Assembly: GCF_001194135.2 (NCBI RefSeq)
Contig: NC_068988.1
Coordinates: forward strand, 87,578,972-87,642,971
Length of the DNA stretch: 64,000 nt
Direction of reading: 5' to 3'
Source: Octopus bimaculoides
Lineage: Eukaryota
Under the pieces are notes generated by a model. That model searched no databases. It had not been told where the DNA came from and saw only the letters and a list, made by a program, of their open reading frames with translations. The translations under genes and the position numbers were made by a program. Within the stretch, counting starts at the first letter, position 1. Each line of letters starts with the position of its first letter. Below are positions 1 to 14,500 of the stretch, piece by piece.

Positions 1-433
1 TCTAAAGTCATTTTTTTTTTCCATTTTCCTTGCATATTACATATTTGTATGTGCCAAATGGCTATTAAAACTGTTTATATAATATATATACACATATATA
101 TATATATGCACACTTTAATACTGTGTTGACAGTGCATATATGTTTATGACTTTTCTTTTTTTTTTCTTTTAAATCTTATATTTTATTTCAGTCCACTGTT
201 TTTTCCCACTCATCATTTTCTTTTCTTTTCTTCATTTTATTTTATTTTATTTTTTTTGTGTGCTTCACTCAAAAGAAGAAGAAAAACAAAAAGAGTTTCT
301 TATCTTTTTTATGAAACACCTTCAGGTGACAAAGTTTTACCAGGCCATGTTTAGCTGTTTAAGTAGTGCAAGATGGAGAGAATATAAGCCGTTTTATTGC
401 TGTTTGTTATTGGAGGAGATTCTTTTAATATAC

Positions 434-484
<51 letters not shown>

Positions 485-745
485 NNNNNNNNNNNNNNNN
501 NNNNNNNNNNNNNNNNNNNNNNNNNNNNNNNNNNNNNNNNNNNNNNNNNNNNNNNNNNNNNNNNNNNNNNNNNNNNNNNNNNNNNNNNNNNNNNNNNNNN
601 NNNNNNNNNNNNNNNNNNNNNNNNNNNNNNNNNNNNNNNNNNNNNNNNNNNNNNNNNNNNNNNNNNNNNNNNNNNNNNNNNNNNNNNNNNNNNNNNNNNN
701 NNNNNNNNNNNNNNNNNNNNNNNNNNNNNNNNNNNNNNNNNNNNN

Positions 746-749
<4 letters not shown>

Positions 750-786
<37 letters not shown>

Positions 787-1349
787 TATACATACATACA
801 CACATATATACACACACCTCCCTACATTCGTATGTAAATCCTCAAAAAATACAGAGATCTTATACAGAAATTTCATATTCCTTTCAAAGTTTGTCAGTTA
901 CATTCTCCCTTGCATGTGCGTGTATGTATAAGTACATACTCATGAGTCTGTATACGTATGTGTTATGTGGGGGTGAGTGAGTGTGTGTGCATGTGTGAAC
1001 AAGCGCATGTATCTAGGTTAGGGGCCATGGCTAAACTTTTGTCACACTTTAGAAATAAATGCATGAAGTTGAAACGGTTTCATAGTTCCATTGGTCAGTG
1101 GTGGTGGTGGTGGTTGTTCTTGTTGTTGTGGACGTGGTTAACAGGGGACGGGGCAGAAGGCGAGGGGGCAGGGAGGTCAAAGCGAAGGAAGCCTGGGTAC
1201 AATATACAGGAACATGACCAGTGTTTGGTGATTGAGGATTAGAGAAAGATAGATTTTGAGAGGCTTCTTGGTACTGTGGAATGATATGGAAAGACACATC
1301 TTGGTTATCAGTATTAATAATAATATTATCATAATATAATAATTAATTA

Positions 1350-1383
<34 letters not shown>

Positions 1384-2447
1384 CATTATTATTATATTTG
1401 TTATTATTTTCGGTGACGAGTCAGCTTTTGTCTTCTCTCAATTCTTGAAAAGAAAAAAAATTTTCGAAATTCAAAATAAAAGTAAAAATAAAGAAAATTA
1501 ACAAAAAAAAATCAAACAAAAACCATTAATGAAATCTTGTTTGATATAAATTGTTGCAGTTGCTACTGCTTACATAGGAAGGCAATGATAATAATAATAA
1601 TAATAAATAATAATAATTGCATTAACTTCACCAAAAAATGAATTTTGTTTTAAGAGAAAGAAATAAAAATATTTAAATAAAAGCTTCAGTTAGTTGAAGT
1701 AGTACGATTTCTAATATATCTTATTATTATTATTCAATGCGTTAAGTAAAAATTAAATTCCTTAAAAAAATGTAACAAAAGAATGTACAAAAGGTATTGT
1801 GTATGAGTGGAGAGAGAGAGAGAAAAAAAGAAGGGGATTAAATGTATATATCAAAATGAATAAAAAAAAAAAAGAAAAAAAGGGAAAAAATCAAAATGAA
1901 GATTAGAATATTACAGAACATCTCACCTCCCTAAACAAACAAAAAAGGACCAAAAAATGGAATATATATATATAAAAAAAAATTTTTTTAAATGTTTCAG
2001 AAGGAAATATGAGAATGAGAGAATAATGTTGAGAAGACAAGCAGGAATTTCTGAGAACGATCACTTATGCTCTTTGCTCTTCTTCAAAGAACGAGTCTTT
2101 TGGTGTGTTTTTTCATTTTGTTCTTGGGCTAAAAATGGTCCAAAACAAACATTTACCGGCATTTTTCAAAGACTAACCAACCATATATTCATCTCCTCCC
2201 CATCATGTTTAATTTTTCTTCCTCTCCTGCTCGTTTGTTTCTCATAAAAATACTGGAGGGAGACAACGACGATGAATCGCTTACTTAGCAAATAGGGTGT
2301 TAATGATCTCATTTTTTAACACTTTCTGGTGATGATCGTCATAGAAACCGGCTCTCTATATAGCTTTTAGTAGACATATTTTTTTCTGCTTTTGCTTTTA
2401 ATTAGTTAAGAGTCAATGGAAGGTGTGTTAGGAGCAAGCTCCTACTA
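750..2447 (-). other. Probable AT-rich 3' UTR / downstream region of the tetraspanin
   Basis: Follows the stop codon and has many AATAAA/ATTTA motifs on the minus strand. The true end cannot be determined from sequence. Confidence 0.4.
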
Positions 2448-2525
2448 TTATAGATCAATCTCATCCTCGTCTGAATTTTGCCGAACTCGGAAACACAAAC
2501 AACAGGACACCAAAATACCAACGGC
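2448..2525 (-). CDS. Tetraspanin terminal coding exon (AVGILVSCCLCFRVRQNSDEDEIDL*)
   Basis: ttcattctag|GCCGTT ... CTATAA, followed by further TAG codons; SCCLC is a palmitoylation-type cluster. Confidence 0.92.
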   Translation of the reverse strand, partial: AVGILVSCCLCFRVRQNSDEDEIDL

Positions 2526-5500
2526 CTAGAATGAAAAGAAGAAAAAAAAAAAGTTAACTAGTTTTATTCCAATCTTTAAATCTATCTATCTATATATCAC
2601 ATCATACAGACAAGAATGTAATATTTCGAATGCAATATAGCCATGAAATAACCAGAAAGATTGATATTATATCCTAATGTGATGGAAAATGTTGTCAGCA
2701 GACAGCCACAGGACTTGAACCTGCACCTCCCAGATACCGACTGAGTAATGTACCAATTAAGCTGAACTGCAACAATTTGGCAACAATTTCCGGCAGATTA
2801 ATGCTATAAACATAGCTTCTTTTGAAATGCAACAACATATGTAAACAAACTTTGTTTTTGTTTTTGGAAGCATTGAATGTGTTTGGTATTTTACAGACCA
2901 GAAAGTAATATTTGAAATGCAATATAGCCATGAAAACTGCAGAATGATTGGGTATTACACCCTTAAATGGGAGGGAAAAAGTTGTCAGCAAACAGCTACA
3001 GGACTTGAACCTGCACATCCAAAAAAAAAAAAGTTTGTTTACATATGTTGTTGCATATATCAGTGAAGGTGCTTGGCTTAATGGTCACCGTACTTGGCTC
3101 GTGATTGTTAGGTCATGAGTTCAATTCCTGGCAATGCATTGAGTCCTTGAGCAAGACACTTTATTTCGTGTTGCTCCAGCCCACTCAGTACCAGCCTTGT
3201 CACACTGAATCTCCCTGAGAACTATGTTAAGGGTACATGTGTCTGTGGAGTGCTCAGCCACTTGCATATTAATCTCACGAGCAGGCTGTTCCATTGAACA
3301 GATCAACTGGAATGCGCGTCGGTGTCATAACTGATGGGGTGCCAATATATATATATAAAATCATAAACATAATCATCATAGTTTTAACATCTATTTTGCC
3401 ATGCTTATATGGGTCAGATGGAATTCATCAAGGCAGATTTTGTAAGGCCTGATGCCCCTTACTGCAAGCCAACCCTCACTTGTTTCCAAGCAAGTTATTA
3501 TCTTCCCATGGTTGAACATGCTTTCACAGAAGTTTGGAAACAAATGACACCGCTTGTATGAATGTAGCACTTTTTTTTTTACTTGTCTCAGTCATTTGAC
3601 TGTGGCCGTGCTGGAGCACCACCTTGAAGGATTTTAGTCGCACAAATTGATTACAAGGCTTATTTTTTTTAAGCCTTGTACTGATTCTATTGGTCTCAGT
3701 TGCAGAACTGTTAAGTTACAGGGATGTAAACACACTAACAACGGTTATCAAGAGGTGGTGGGGGCACAAAGAGACATATATACAGGGGTTGGACAAAATA
3801 ATGGAAACACCTAGTATCATAACATCATAATTTTGAAATATCTATAAAACCATCAAAAGCTTGTTTATTTTTGTTTTTTATTTATTATTAGTGTTGCTTA
3901 ATATGTTTTACTAAAACTGCTGTTTTCTTTTTCAGATATCATCAGAAAAAGTTAATTAAAATTCATTAAAATGACAGATCTATCGGACTTTCAAAGAGGT
4001 CAAATTGTTGGTGCTCTTATGGCAGGCGCTAGCATAACGAAAACAACCGAAATGTTTGGTGTATCAAGAAGTACAGTCTTGAAAATAATGACAGCCTTTG
4101 AGAAAGAGGGAAAAATCTCCTCGTTGAAACAAAGCTCCAGAAGAAAATCAAAACTTTCAGATAGGGACCATCGGACTTTTACGCGAATTGTTAAAAAGGA
4201 CCACAAAAGCAGAGCTACCGAAATTACTGCAGAGCTTAATGACTACTTCAAGAACCCAGTTTCCACAAAAACTGTTCACCAGATTTCACGGGAGAGCTGC
4301 AATCAGAAAACCACTATTTCAAAAACAAATGTTGCAAAGCGTTTAGAGTGGAGACAGCCAAAAGAAGCATTTGACCCAGACTGCCTTCTTCCAACTGTTA
4401 AACATGGAGGAAGATCTGTGATGATCNNNNNNNNNNNNNNNNNNNNNNNCTTGGAAATCCGCTGACCCAATGGTTTCCCATCATGGCAGAATTAATAGTC
4501 CAGACTATTTAAGCATTTTATCTGATCAAATTCATCCTATGGTTGCGGAACTGTTTCCGGAGGGAAACGCAATCTTTCAGGATGATAATGTACCAATTCA
4601 TACAGCTAAAGTTGTTACTGAATGGCACGAGGAACATTTTAGTGAAGATGAACATTTTATCTGGCTACCAGTCCCCAGATCTCAATATTAATGAACATTT
4701 ATGGTGCATTTTAGAAAAGTAAGGAGTCAATATCCTCTGCCATCATCACTACAAGAACTGGGGACTGTTTTAGCTGAAGAATGGACAAAATTTCCTTTGG
4801 AAACAATTCAAACTTTGTTCAAGTCCATACCTCATAGAATTCAAGCTGTAATTATTGTCAAAGGAGGTCCAACCCCATATTAAAATAAATTTGTTTGAAA
4901 TTTTAAGGTGTTTTCATTATTTTGTCCCGCCCCTGCATATATATATACACAAGATGGGTTTCTTTCAGTTTCTCTCCACCAAATCGACTCATAAAGCTTT
5001 GGTTGACCTGAGGCTGTAGTAGAAGACACTTGCCCAAGGCACCACACGGTGGGACTGAATCCAGAACCATGTGGTTGGGAAGCAAGCTTCTTACCACACA
5101 GTCACGTCTGCACACTTGTTTACAATTCCCAAGTGATGTGAAGACAAGGAAACATACCACCAACATATTCCAGGGAGCAGAGGTCATTATTGTAGCTGTA
5201 GAAAATGCAGAGAGAGACAGCAGATTTGTGATGCCAGAGGTAGTAGATCTATGAGTGACCTTATGGCAATCATTCGGGTGTTCCATTTTTTAGATGCAGT
5301 TTTGGATATTTGAGCATGCAGCACTGTCCCAGATGTGAGAGCAATACTCCATTGTGGATCTCATCAGTGCTTTGTTAATTGTTAAGATGTTAAGAGTGGA
5401 TGTGGTCTGATAGATCTTCAGGCTCAGAAGAGAAAGTCCTATGCAGCCCTAGCTATGTCAGAGATGTGCTTTAGCCAGGAGAGATCCTACAAAACAATAC

Positions 5501-8500
5501 AGCATTTTACCACAATACATGATAAAACTAAGATGCCTACTCTTCATTTGGTTTTTCATCCTTGCCACTACTTAAGAGCTACATATAAGTAGCACAGTGT
5601 GGCTTACTTTCGACATGGCACGTAGCTGTCATCTGTAGCAAACATCTAGAGGCTAAAATAACAAAGTAAAGGGAGTTAGCTTATCCTACCAGCATTGCAA
5701 CTAACTGTGGTTTGCAAAATAACAAAGTAAAGGGAGTTAACTCATTCCATCAGCAAAGACTTCTGCAACTAATTGGAGATTGCAAGGTTTACAACATTAA
5801 TTCAGTGAGTTGGTAGATCGTACTTACTAATAATATTGGAATAGAGCCAGCAACTAAACCAAGAATTATAGCCCTTTTGATCAAGTGTTCCCGTATTTTG
5901 TCCAGGCAACCCTGAAAGTAGACACATTTAAATATTAATTAAATACAAGCTTATTGGTTGTTTTATGTTAAAATGGAAAGAAGGAAGAAAAAAGGGGGGA
6001 AAAAAAATTAAATAAGATTAAAATAAATAAAAGTCTGAGTCGACATTTTTAGTTTCAGCTATAAGGTTGTTGCAGGTAGATATTTGATTTGATGAGATCT
6101 TCAAGCATTTAGCTTTCAAACTGTTCCTATCAGACTCAAAATATTCTACCTGTTTTATGATCAAATGAAACCGATTCAGCTTCTCCTCACACCTACCCTA
6201 CAATGTCATTCTAAAAATAAACAATCAAGTCATTGAAATTTTGAAGCTACGAGATAATGAATAATTAATTCAAAACAATGTGAATAAACAAGCATTACGG
6301 CATGTGAAAGTGCATGGCTCAATGATTAGAACATGAAGCTCACAATCATGAGGTAGCGAGTTCAATTCCTGGACCAGGCTGCGTGTTGTGTTCTTAAGCA
6401 AGACACTTTATTTCACACTGATCCAGTTCACTCAACTGTAGAAATGAGTTGTGACGTCACTGGTGCCAAGCTGTATCAGCCTTTGCCATTCCCTAAGATA
6501 ACATCGGTGGCATGGAGAGGGGAGGCTGGTCATTCACGACTGAAGGGGGTCTTTACCCTTATTCTTTACAAACATTATATTTGACAGAATAATCATATTG
6601 GTAAAAGGGTTAAGGCCCATGCCACATACCCCACCTTCTATACACACACACGTGTGTGTGCGTGTTACTGGTTGCTGTGGCAACATTCAGATTCTACAAG
6701 TGATTAAGTGAATCTATGAATGTATATCTGGAGCACTGGATCTGAGGATGGCATCTCGATGCCATAGGCCTGTTCCTCCCAGGGATGAACCAATATCTAA
6801 GGGTGGCCAGCAACACATCAACATTGAGGGATGACCAGGGATAATACAGCAACACAACAATACTTTAATCCTTTTGTTATACTATTTCTGTTGAAATATA
6901 TCGTCTTTCATCATCATTCTTTAATGTCCGTTTTCCATGCTGACATGAGTCGGATGGTTTGACCAAAACTGGTAAGCAGGAGAGCTGCACCAGATTCCAG
7001 TCTAACTTGGCTTGGTTTCTATCTGGATTCCCTTCCTAATGCCAACCACTTTACAGGGTGTGCTGGGTGCTTTTAATTACAATTAATTTTGAAAATAACT
7101 CTCTTTACTCTTTTTTACTCGTTTCAGTCATTTGACTGTGGCCATGCTGGAGCACCGCCTTTAGTCGAGCAAATCGACCCCAGGACTTATTCTTTGGAAG
7201 CCTAGTACTTATTCTATCGGTCTTTTTTGCCGAACCGCTAATTTACGGGGATGTAAACACACCAGCATCGGTTGTCAAGCGATGTCGGGGGGACAAACAC
7301 AGACACACACACATATACGACGGGTTTCTTTCAGTTTCCGTCTACCAAATCCACTTACAAGGCTTTGGTCGGCCCGAGGCTATAGTGGAAGACACTTGCC
7401 CAAGGTGCCACGCAGTAGGAATGAACCCAGAACCATGTGGTTGGTAAGCAAGCTACTTACCACACAGCCACTCCTGCGCCTGAACAATTTATTGCAGTAA
7501 CTCATTAAGCTGGTGTTTGGAATCTAAATCAAGATGATATTTTCATGAAAAGTTTTAGATTAAATCGTTTTCAAACATGAAGATTGCACCAAAAAATCAA
7601 GGATAATTTCAGGCAGGTTGGCATCAAAAGGGTAAAGGTCAATGTCTGAAATATGTACTTCCATATAATATTGCAACTTTGAAAATAAAAAAAAGAAAAG
7701 AGTAGGGTCAAAAATAAAAGGTTGACATACTTCGGTATTTAAGTCATGATTTCGTAAGTCATTTTTGCCTATGGGTGGTCCTAGCGCAGGTGGTGCCCTC
7801 AATCGAATTTCACCAGTACACTTTTTCTCATTTGAGTCTTTTTTACAACAACTTCTTGGCACGTATGGAGATTCTGAAAGGATAAAAAGGGAATTTAATC
7901 CCAGGTCCATGTCAGCCCCAGCTTAAAAAAGCGAGAGAAGGCATCACGTAGTTAGAGGGGAGCCCAAGTTATGTATGAAACACAATGTAATAGTCTGGGA
8001 AAAGGGGAGCAGAGGGGGCAAGAAAAGAAGTTTGAGGTATGAGATAATGTAATAGGAAAGGAATACAAAGTGTGTGTGAAAGAGAGAGGGGGGTGGTGAG
8101 GAAGAGAGAGAGAGGAGAGAGAGAGAGAGAATATGAAATAAGAGGAAGAAAGTGAATACAAAAGTAGCAGCAGAGAGGGAGAGAAAGAACCAGTGTTACT
8201 TACGCTCTGGATTGCGGCGGTACCATTCACTTCGTAGTTTATACACACTCCACGAGAAGGAACTATTTTCACCACCTTTGATTCCACAACACTGCAGCTG
8301 TACAATAGGGGACAGAGAAATCAGGTTATATTAGCTACCACATGTCCAATTCCAGCTTCTAACACACAAACTAGTCACCTACCTTGCACTGTGTAGCCAT
8401 GTTGTGATACTGCTTTGAAGGGTTCAGTTTTACTAATCGATCCCCAAAACTTATTCTATTGGTCTCTGTTGCCAAACTTCTCGGTAATGGGGACATGAAC

Positions 8501-11500
8501 AAACAAATGCCGGTTGTCAGAGGTGGAGAGAAATAAGCGAGCTTCTACAAATTTCTGACCACCAAATTTACTCCCAGGGCTACAATATAAGACACCTGCC
8601 CAAGGAACCACATAGTGGGACAGAACCAGAAACCATGTAGTTGCAATGCAAACTTCTGGACAATAAGCATGTCAATCACACACACACACACACATATATT
8701 GTTGCCATTATGCAATGTGTAAATATACATACACACACATATACATATATATATACATACATACATACATATATATATACATACATACATACACACACAC
8801 ATTGGGTTGGCTAGAGAGTAATTTCGTTTCTTGCAAAAAAATAGATTTACGATGATTTTCAATGACTTTTGACAATGTTATGACTTTTTCATTTTGACAT
8901 TTGATAGCTGTTACTTTTAGCTTACTTTAGAAACAAATTGCATGCAATTTTGCTTACAACTGTTAGTTCAGTGTCAATTTTAACAGAGTGCAAAAACGAA
9001 CATTTTCGCCATATTTTGCTTTTTTATTTCCGTAAAGGCAGGAAAGCTACTCAGGCTGATAAAGAGATATGTGAAGGTTATGGTGTTGATTGCTTAACAG
9101 GACGCACATGTCAGAAATGGTTTTAAAAATTCTGTTCTGAAGATTTTTCACTCAAAGATAACCAATGTTCTGATCGACCTACAGAAGTTGATGATGACCA
9201 AATCAAAGCCATAACTGAATCTGATTGTCATATAACTGTGCGAGAGATTGCAGAGAGGTTAAATATATCACACACGACAATTGAAAATCACAAAAATGTC
9301 TTTGACTCGTAAAGAAGCTCGATATTTGGGTTCCACATAAATTGAAAGAGATTCACTTAACACAACGAATCAATATTTGCGATATGCATCTCAAACGCAA
9401 TGAAACTGACCTTTTTGGAAACGAATCATCACCGGTGATTAAAAATGGATTGTCTACAATAACATCAATCAAAAACGATCATGGCCCAAGCGTAATGAAC
9501 CAGCACAAACCACGTCGAAAGCAGAATTGTATCAAAAATTGCTGTCAATTTGGTGGGATTACAAAGGTTTTGTGCATTTTAAGCTGCTTCCCATGAACCA
9601 GATGATCAATTCAACAACTAATGAAACTGGAGAAAGTAATCAAAGAAAAATGGCCAGAATTGGCAAATCGTAAAGGAATTGTGTTCCACCATGACAACCG
9701 CTAGATCACACATGTTTTTGCTAACTCGTGAAAAATTATTAGAGCTTGGTTGGGAAGTGATGTCACATCCACCATACAGCCCTGACCTTGCACCATCAGA
9801 TTACCATTCATTTCAAAGTTTGCAAATTCTTTGAATGGTAAAACTTTCAATAATGATAATGACTTGAAATCGCACTTGCTTCAGTTTTTGGCTGATAAGG
9901 ACCAGAAGTTCTCTGAGCTTGGAATCACAAAGTTGCCAAAAAGACGGTAAAAGGGCATCAAACAAAATGGAAAATATATAATTGGTTAAAGTTCATTCTT
10001 TGTATGAATAAAAAAACAAACTTTTATTTCACACTAAAAAACCAAAATTACTACTTTCTTGCCAACCCAATATATATACATACACACACAGAGACATATG
10101 TACATATACACATATACATATATATATATATACACACACACACACATATATATATACACACACACACACATATATATATATACACACACACACACACATA
10201 TAATGGTAGACCCTCAGCTTATTCACGAAATGAAGAGGCATGCTGTTATTGTGGTTATAAAGGCTGTGCATAGAGATTTAGAAATATCTTGAGTTTTAAA
10301 AGTTGCCAGATCATTCACATACAAAGTTTGTAAGCAGCTAGAGACTGAAGATGGAAAGGTATCACCAGTATCAGAGCATAAAAAGCATTCTAAACACTCT
10401 GAAATCATCAGAACACCTGAATTTAACCAGCAAGTTCAACAGACCAATGATTACATCCTCAGAAATTTCATGAGGTCAATTGCAAAAGATCTCCAAGTGT
10501 CAGAAGGAACAGTCAGAATATTGTCCACGAAGGCATCAGATATAAGTCTTATATGATGAGGAAAGGTCAATTTGTCCGAAAAAGCAAAAGAAAATCAGTA
10601 CATCAGATCTAAAAGCTCTTAAACAAACTGAAAAATCCAGCAGAAGATTTGATTTGGTTTATCACAAATGAGAAAAACTTCAACCAAGATCAAAAAGTTA
10701 ACAGAAGAAATGACAGATGGTTATGTGAAGACCCTTCTGAAGTTCCAAGTGTTATGCATACAAAATTTCCTGCAACTGTCATGGTTTTAGGGGCTGTCAG
10801 TAATGAAGGACATGTGATGCCTCCTTACTTCTTTCCATAAGGCCTTAGAGTTAACTCTGCCGCCTACACTGAGGTCTTGGAAATAATTGTTAAGCCCTGG
10901 ATAGACAGTCTATGCAATGGAAGGCCATATGTGTTTCAGTAAGACTATCACACATGGCTTTAGTAACACAAGAATGGATGGCTGAAAATTTTCATGATCA
11001 CATAACCCCTAACATTTGGCCTCCTAATTCCCCAGATCTCAATCCATTGGACTATTACATGAAAAGCGTTGTTGAGAGAGAGGTCAATGAACACACCCAT
11101 AACACCAAAGATTCTTTGAAAGCTGCTATAGTCAGAGTAATGTCCAAAATGAACCAGGACCACTTGATTCGAGCATTTAGATGATTTAGATCTCATATAG
11201 AAGCAGTTGTTGAAGCTGAAGGTGGCTTAATTGAATAACATTATAGAAAAGAAGGTTTATTTTTAGCCTCAGAGCATTTTTTGATAAATAAAGTCATTAC
11301 CTGTTATTAAGTATCTGGGTTTTTTTTTATAAACATAAATCTGTCCTCACATATCTTATGCATCCAGTATATATATAGACATAGACATATATATATGTGT
11401 GTGTGTGTGTATATATATACACACACACACACATATATATAAATGTATGTTTCTATCTATCTGTCTGTCTGTGTGTATACATATAACATGCTTGCATCTA

Positions 11501-14500
11501 GCTGTCTATGTCTATATATATACTGGATGCATAAGATATGTGAGGACAGATTTATGTTTATAATGTGTGTATATATATATATATAATATATATATAGTGA
11601 GAGGGAGAGAGAGGGAGAGAGGTTTGGTCTGTTAAAACAAGCCATTGTTGTAAAATACTCTCCACCATCAAACACACACACACACACCCACTTTATCATT
11701 CTATTACAGTTTTGTTATGTCTTATTTTCTCAAACAACATGACCAACCATCAACCTCACCTAACTTGCCAGCTTACATAAGGTAAACAAGGTAGATTCTT
11801 TTTTTTTCTTTTCTTTTATTTCTTCTCAAAGTTTTTGATATTTTTCTAAATGACCTTTCCGATAAAATAACATGTTTATGGCATCAGAGAGAGAGAGACA
11901 CCATTCATCCCACCCCATGTCACCACCCTCACCACATAGCCACAATCATTCATCTGTCACTATAATCATTTCTAAATAATATACTGCACCGAGTACCACC
12001 AAAGCCACCACCATCACACAATACCAACACTACAATGCCATGAATCAACCATTAAACTGCTATGTAACCATTTGATTTACAAGTAGTAGCAGTCATATGT
12101 TCCACAAGTCACACAGTGCAGTCTTTTACCTGTTTGTTACTAGGTTTCTTTTGAAATGCTCTGCTTGTTGTTGTCATTGTCGCTTAATGTTTGTTTTCCA
12201 TGCTGGCATGGATTGGACAGTTTGACAGGAGCCAGCCAGCCAGCCTGAGGGGTGAATGACTCAGTTGTTTGTTTTAGCATGGTTTCTACAGCTGGATGCC
12301 CTTCTTAAAGCCAACCACTTTACATGCTGTGATGGGTGCCTTTTACATGCCACCAGCACAGGTGTATCAATGCAGCAGTGGCACCAGTGCAGTTTATGTG
12401 GCACCAGCACAAGTGCAATTAATGTGGCACTGGCACCTGCAAAGGACATGCCTGCATGTATGGATGATGTGTCTTTCAGTCGGTTTTGAAAATAATATTT
12501 TTCCTTCTTCTTTTCGGCCACTGTTCCTTGGAGGATCATGTGGGGTAGAGTACTCAGGTACCTCAGGCGCCCCTTCTCCATAGGATCCAATCAGAAGCAA
12601 CACCTGGTCAAATACAAATACCAGCTTGAGGGCTTGGCACAAATGAGATCAGACTCCACCCAATGCCAGGACAACCAGTAATAAGCCTACAATTTGTTCT
12701 GAGAGGCAGATGTCAGGTAAGATTACATGGCAAGGCACTAAGGATACATGTCCCAGGACTCTGAAGCAAGTCCAGGAAGGACAACCATTTATGATTGGGA
12801 AAATAATGAATGGTTTAGTAAAACAACTGTCATTATTAAATTGGTATTGAGAACATGAATTTAATATGAAATTTTGATGAAAAACTTTACAATTATAAAC
12901 TTGGGTTGACCAAAACCTTGCGAGTGGATTTGATAAGTGGAAACTAAAATAAACCCGACATATATATGAATGTATATATTTATGAGTGTGTGGGTCTGTC
13001 CCCCTGCCATCACTTGACAACCAATGCTGATGTGTTTATGTCTCCATAACTTAGCAGTTCGGCAAAAGTGACCAATAGAATAAGTTCTGGGGTCAATGGC
13101 TAACTAAGCAGTCAAATGACTGAAATGAGTAAACGAATAAGAAAAGTATGTGTGTGTATTTATGTGACAGTTTTCATGTACTAAATCCACTCACATGTCT
13201 TTGGTTGGCCTAAGGCTACAGTGTAAAACACTTGCCCAAAGTGCATGCAGTGGGACTGAAACCAAGAACATGTGGTTGGGAAGTGAACTGCTTAACCACA
13301 CAGTCATGCCTGTGCCTGGATGCATTTTACTGTGACTGCAGCACCAGACAAACATTGCCATAGGCTCAACAAGACTAGAGAGTCTTCTCAAAGCCACAAC
13401 GCTTTTCTTTGCTTGCAAATTACTCCATTGGATATTTGGGTGTATTTTTTATTTTATGAATCCAGCACTAATGGGGATCACCTTAATCTATGTCAAAAAA
13501 TTGGATGGGATGGTCATGTGTGCGATACCTTTTGGTCATAGGTTTCACTCAATCAGGGCTGATTTGATACTAGACACCATCATCACAACAGCAGCAGTAC
13601 ACCTGTAAAACACCTGTAAAACACCACATTCACAACTTACCTGCCTCTGTAATGAATCCCAGGCATCAGTAACCAGTTTATTATTAGAGTTTGTCCGTGT
13701 GTCCAGACCATACTGTTGTTCTATAGTGTTGGTCATGTGTTTCACTATGTCTTTGGTTACCTGTAGACAAACAAATAGATGTTAGAATACAAAAATCAAC
13801 ACAATCGTCATCATCATCACCACAACCATCACCATCAAACGTCCATTTTCCATGCTGGCACGGGCTGGACGGTTTGCCAGGAGCTGGAGAGCTGCCCGGT
13901 CTCCATGTCTGTTTTGGCATGGTTTCTACAGAAGAAGAGGGTAATTTCCGGATAAAAAGCTTTACGTGATCATGATGATGACTATGACAACATTACCATA
14001 TTCTCTAGCATTTTTCAGACCAGAATTTACAGCCCCACCCAACCCCGAAAAAGAAGATTTATACACCTAGACAACTTTTGGAGAAACAAAGATTCCACGT
14101 GAAATGCAATAGGAAAGATAGTGATGATGCATGAATATTTACATTATGTACTAAGTTGACGTGCATGCCAAAAAATATGGTTAATTTCCTTTTTTTCAGC
14201 ACAACCACCAGAGAAGTGCTATGGCAGAGTGGCTGACGATGCCTGTTCTATACAATCACCATCTGGCACTAGACTCCACAACGAAACAAGATTGCACAAC
14301 TAAGTAAAAACTGTTGTAGCACACACACAAATGCAATGCTTCAGTCCCAAAAGACATTGCTGCACAAAAGAACTACAGGAAACATAATTGCTTCAAATTT
14401 TGACACGAAGGGGAGTTAGTTGGTTACATAGATGACCCTCGTGTGCAAATGATACCTATTTTATCAACTCTGAAAAGGTGAAAGGCAAAATTGATTTTGG

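Noticed and set aside
260-931. Long ORFs spanning N runs and (TA)n/(CA)n tracts (also 15.4, 23.0, 36.4, 40.3 and 46.8 kb)
   Set aside because: Artefacts of translating gaps and microsatellites (YIYI, HTHT, CVCV)
1957-2260. Alternative terminal exon after ctccctccag at ~2253 on the minus strand
   Set aside because: It lies downstream of the stop in the well-supported last exon (2525-2448) and lacks the TM4 end and Cys cluster; most likely 3' UTR
2700-2780. tRNA gene at the A/B-box-like segment
   Set aside because: No convincing cloverleaf or anticodon arm; it is part of a duplicated repeat, so treated as a SINE-type head
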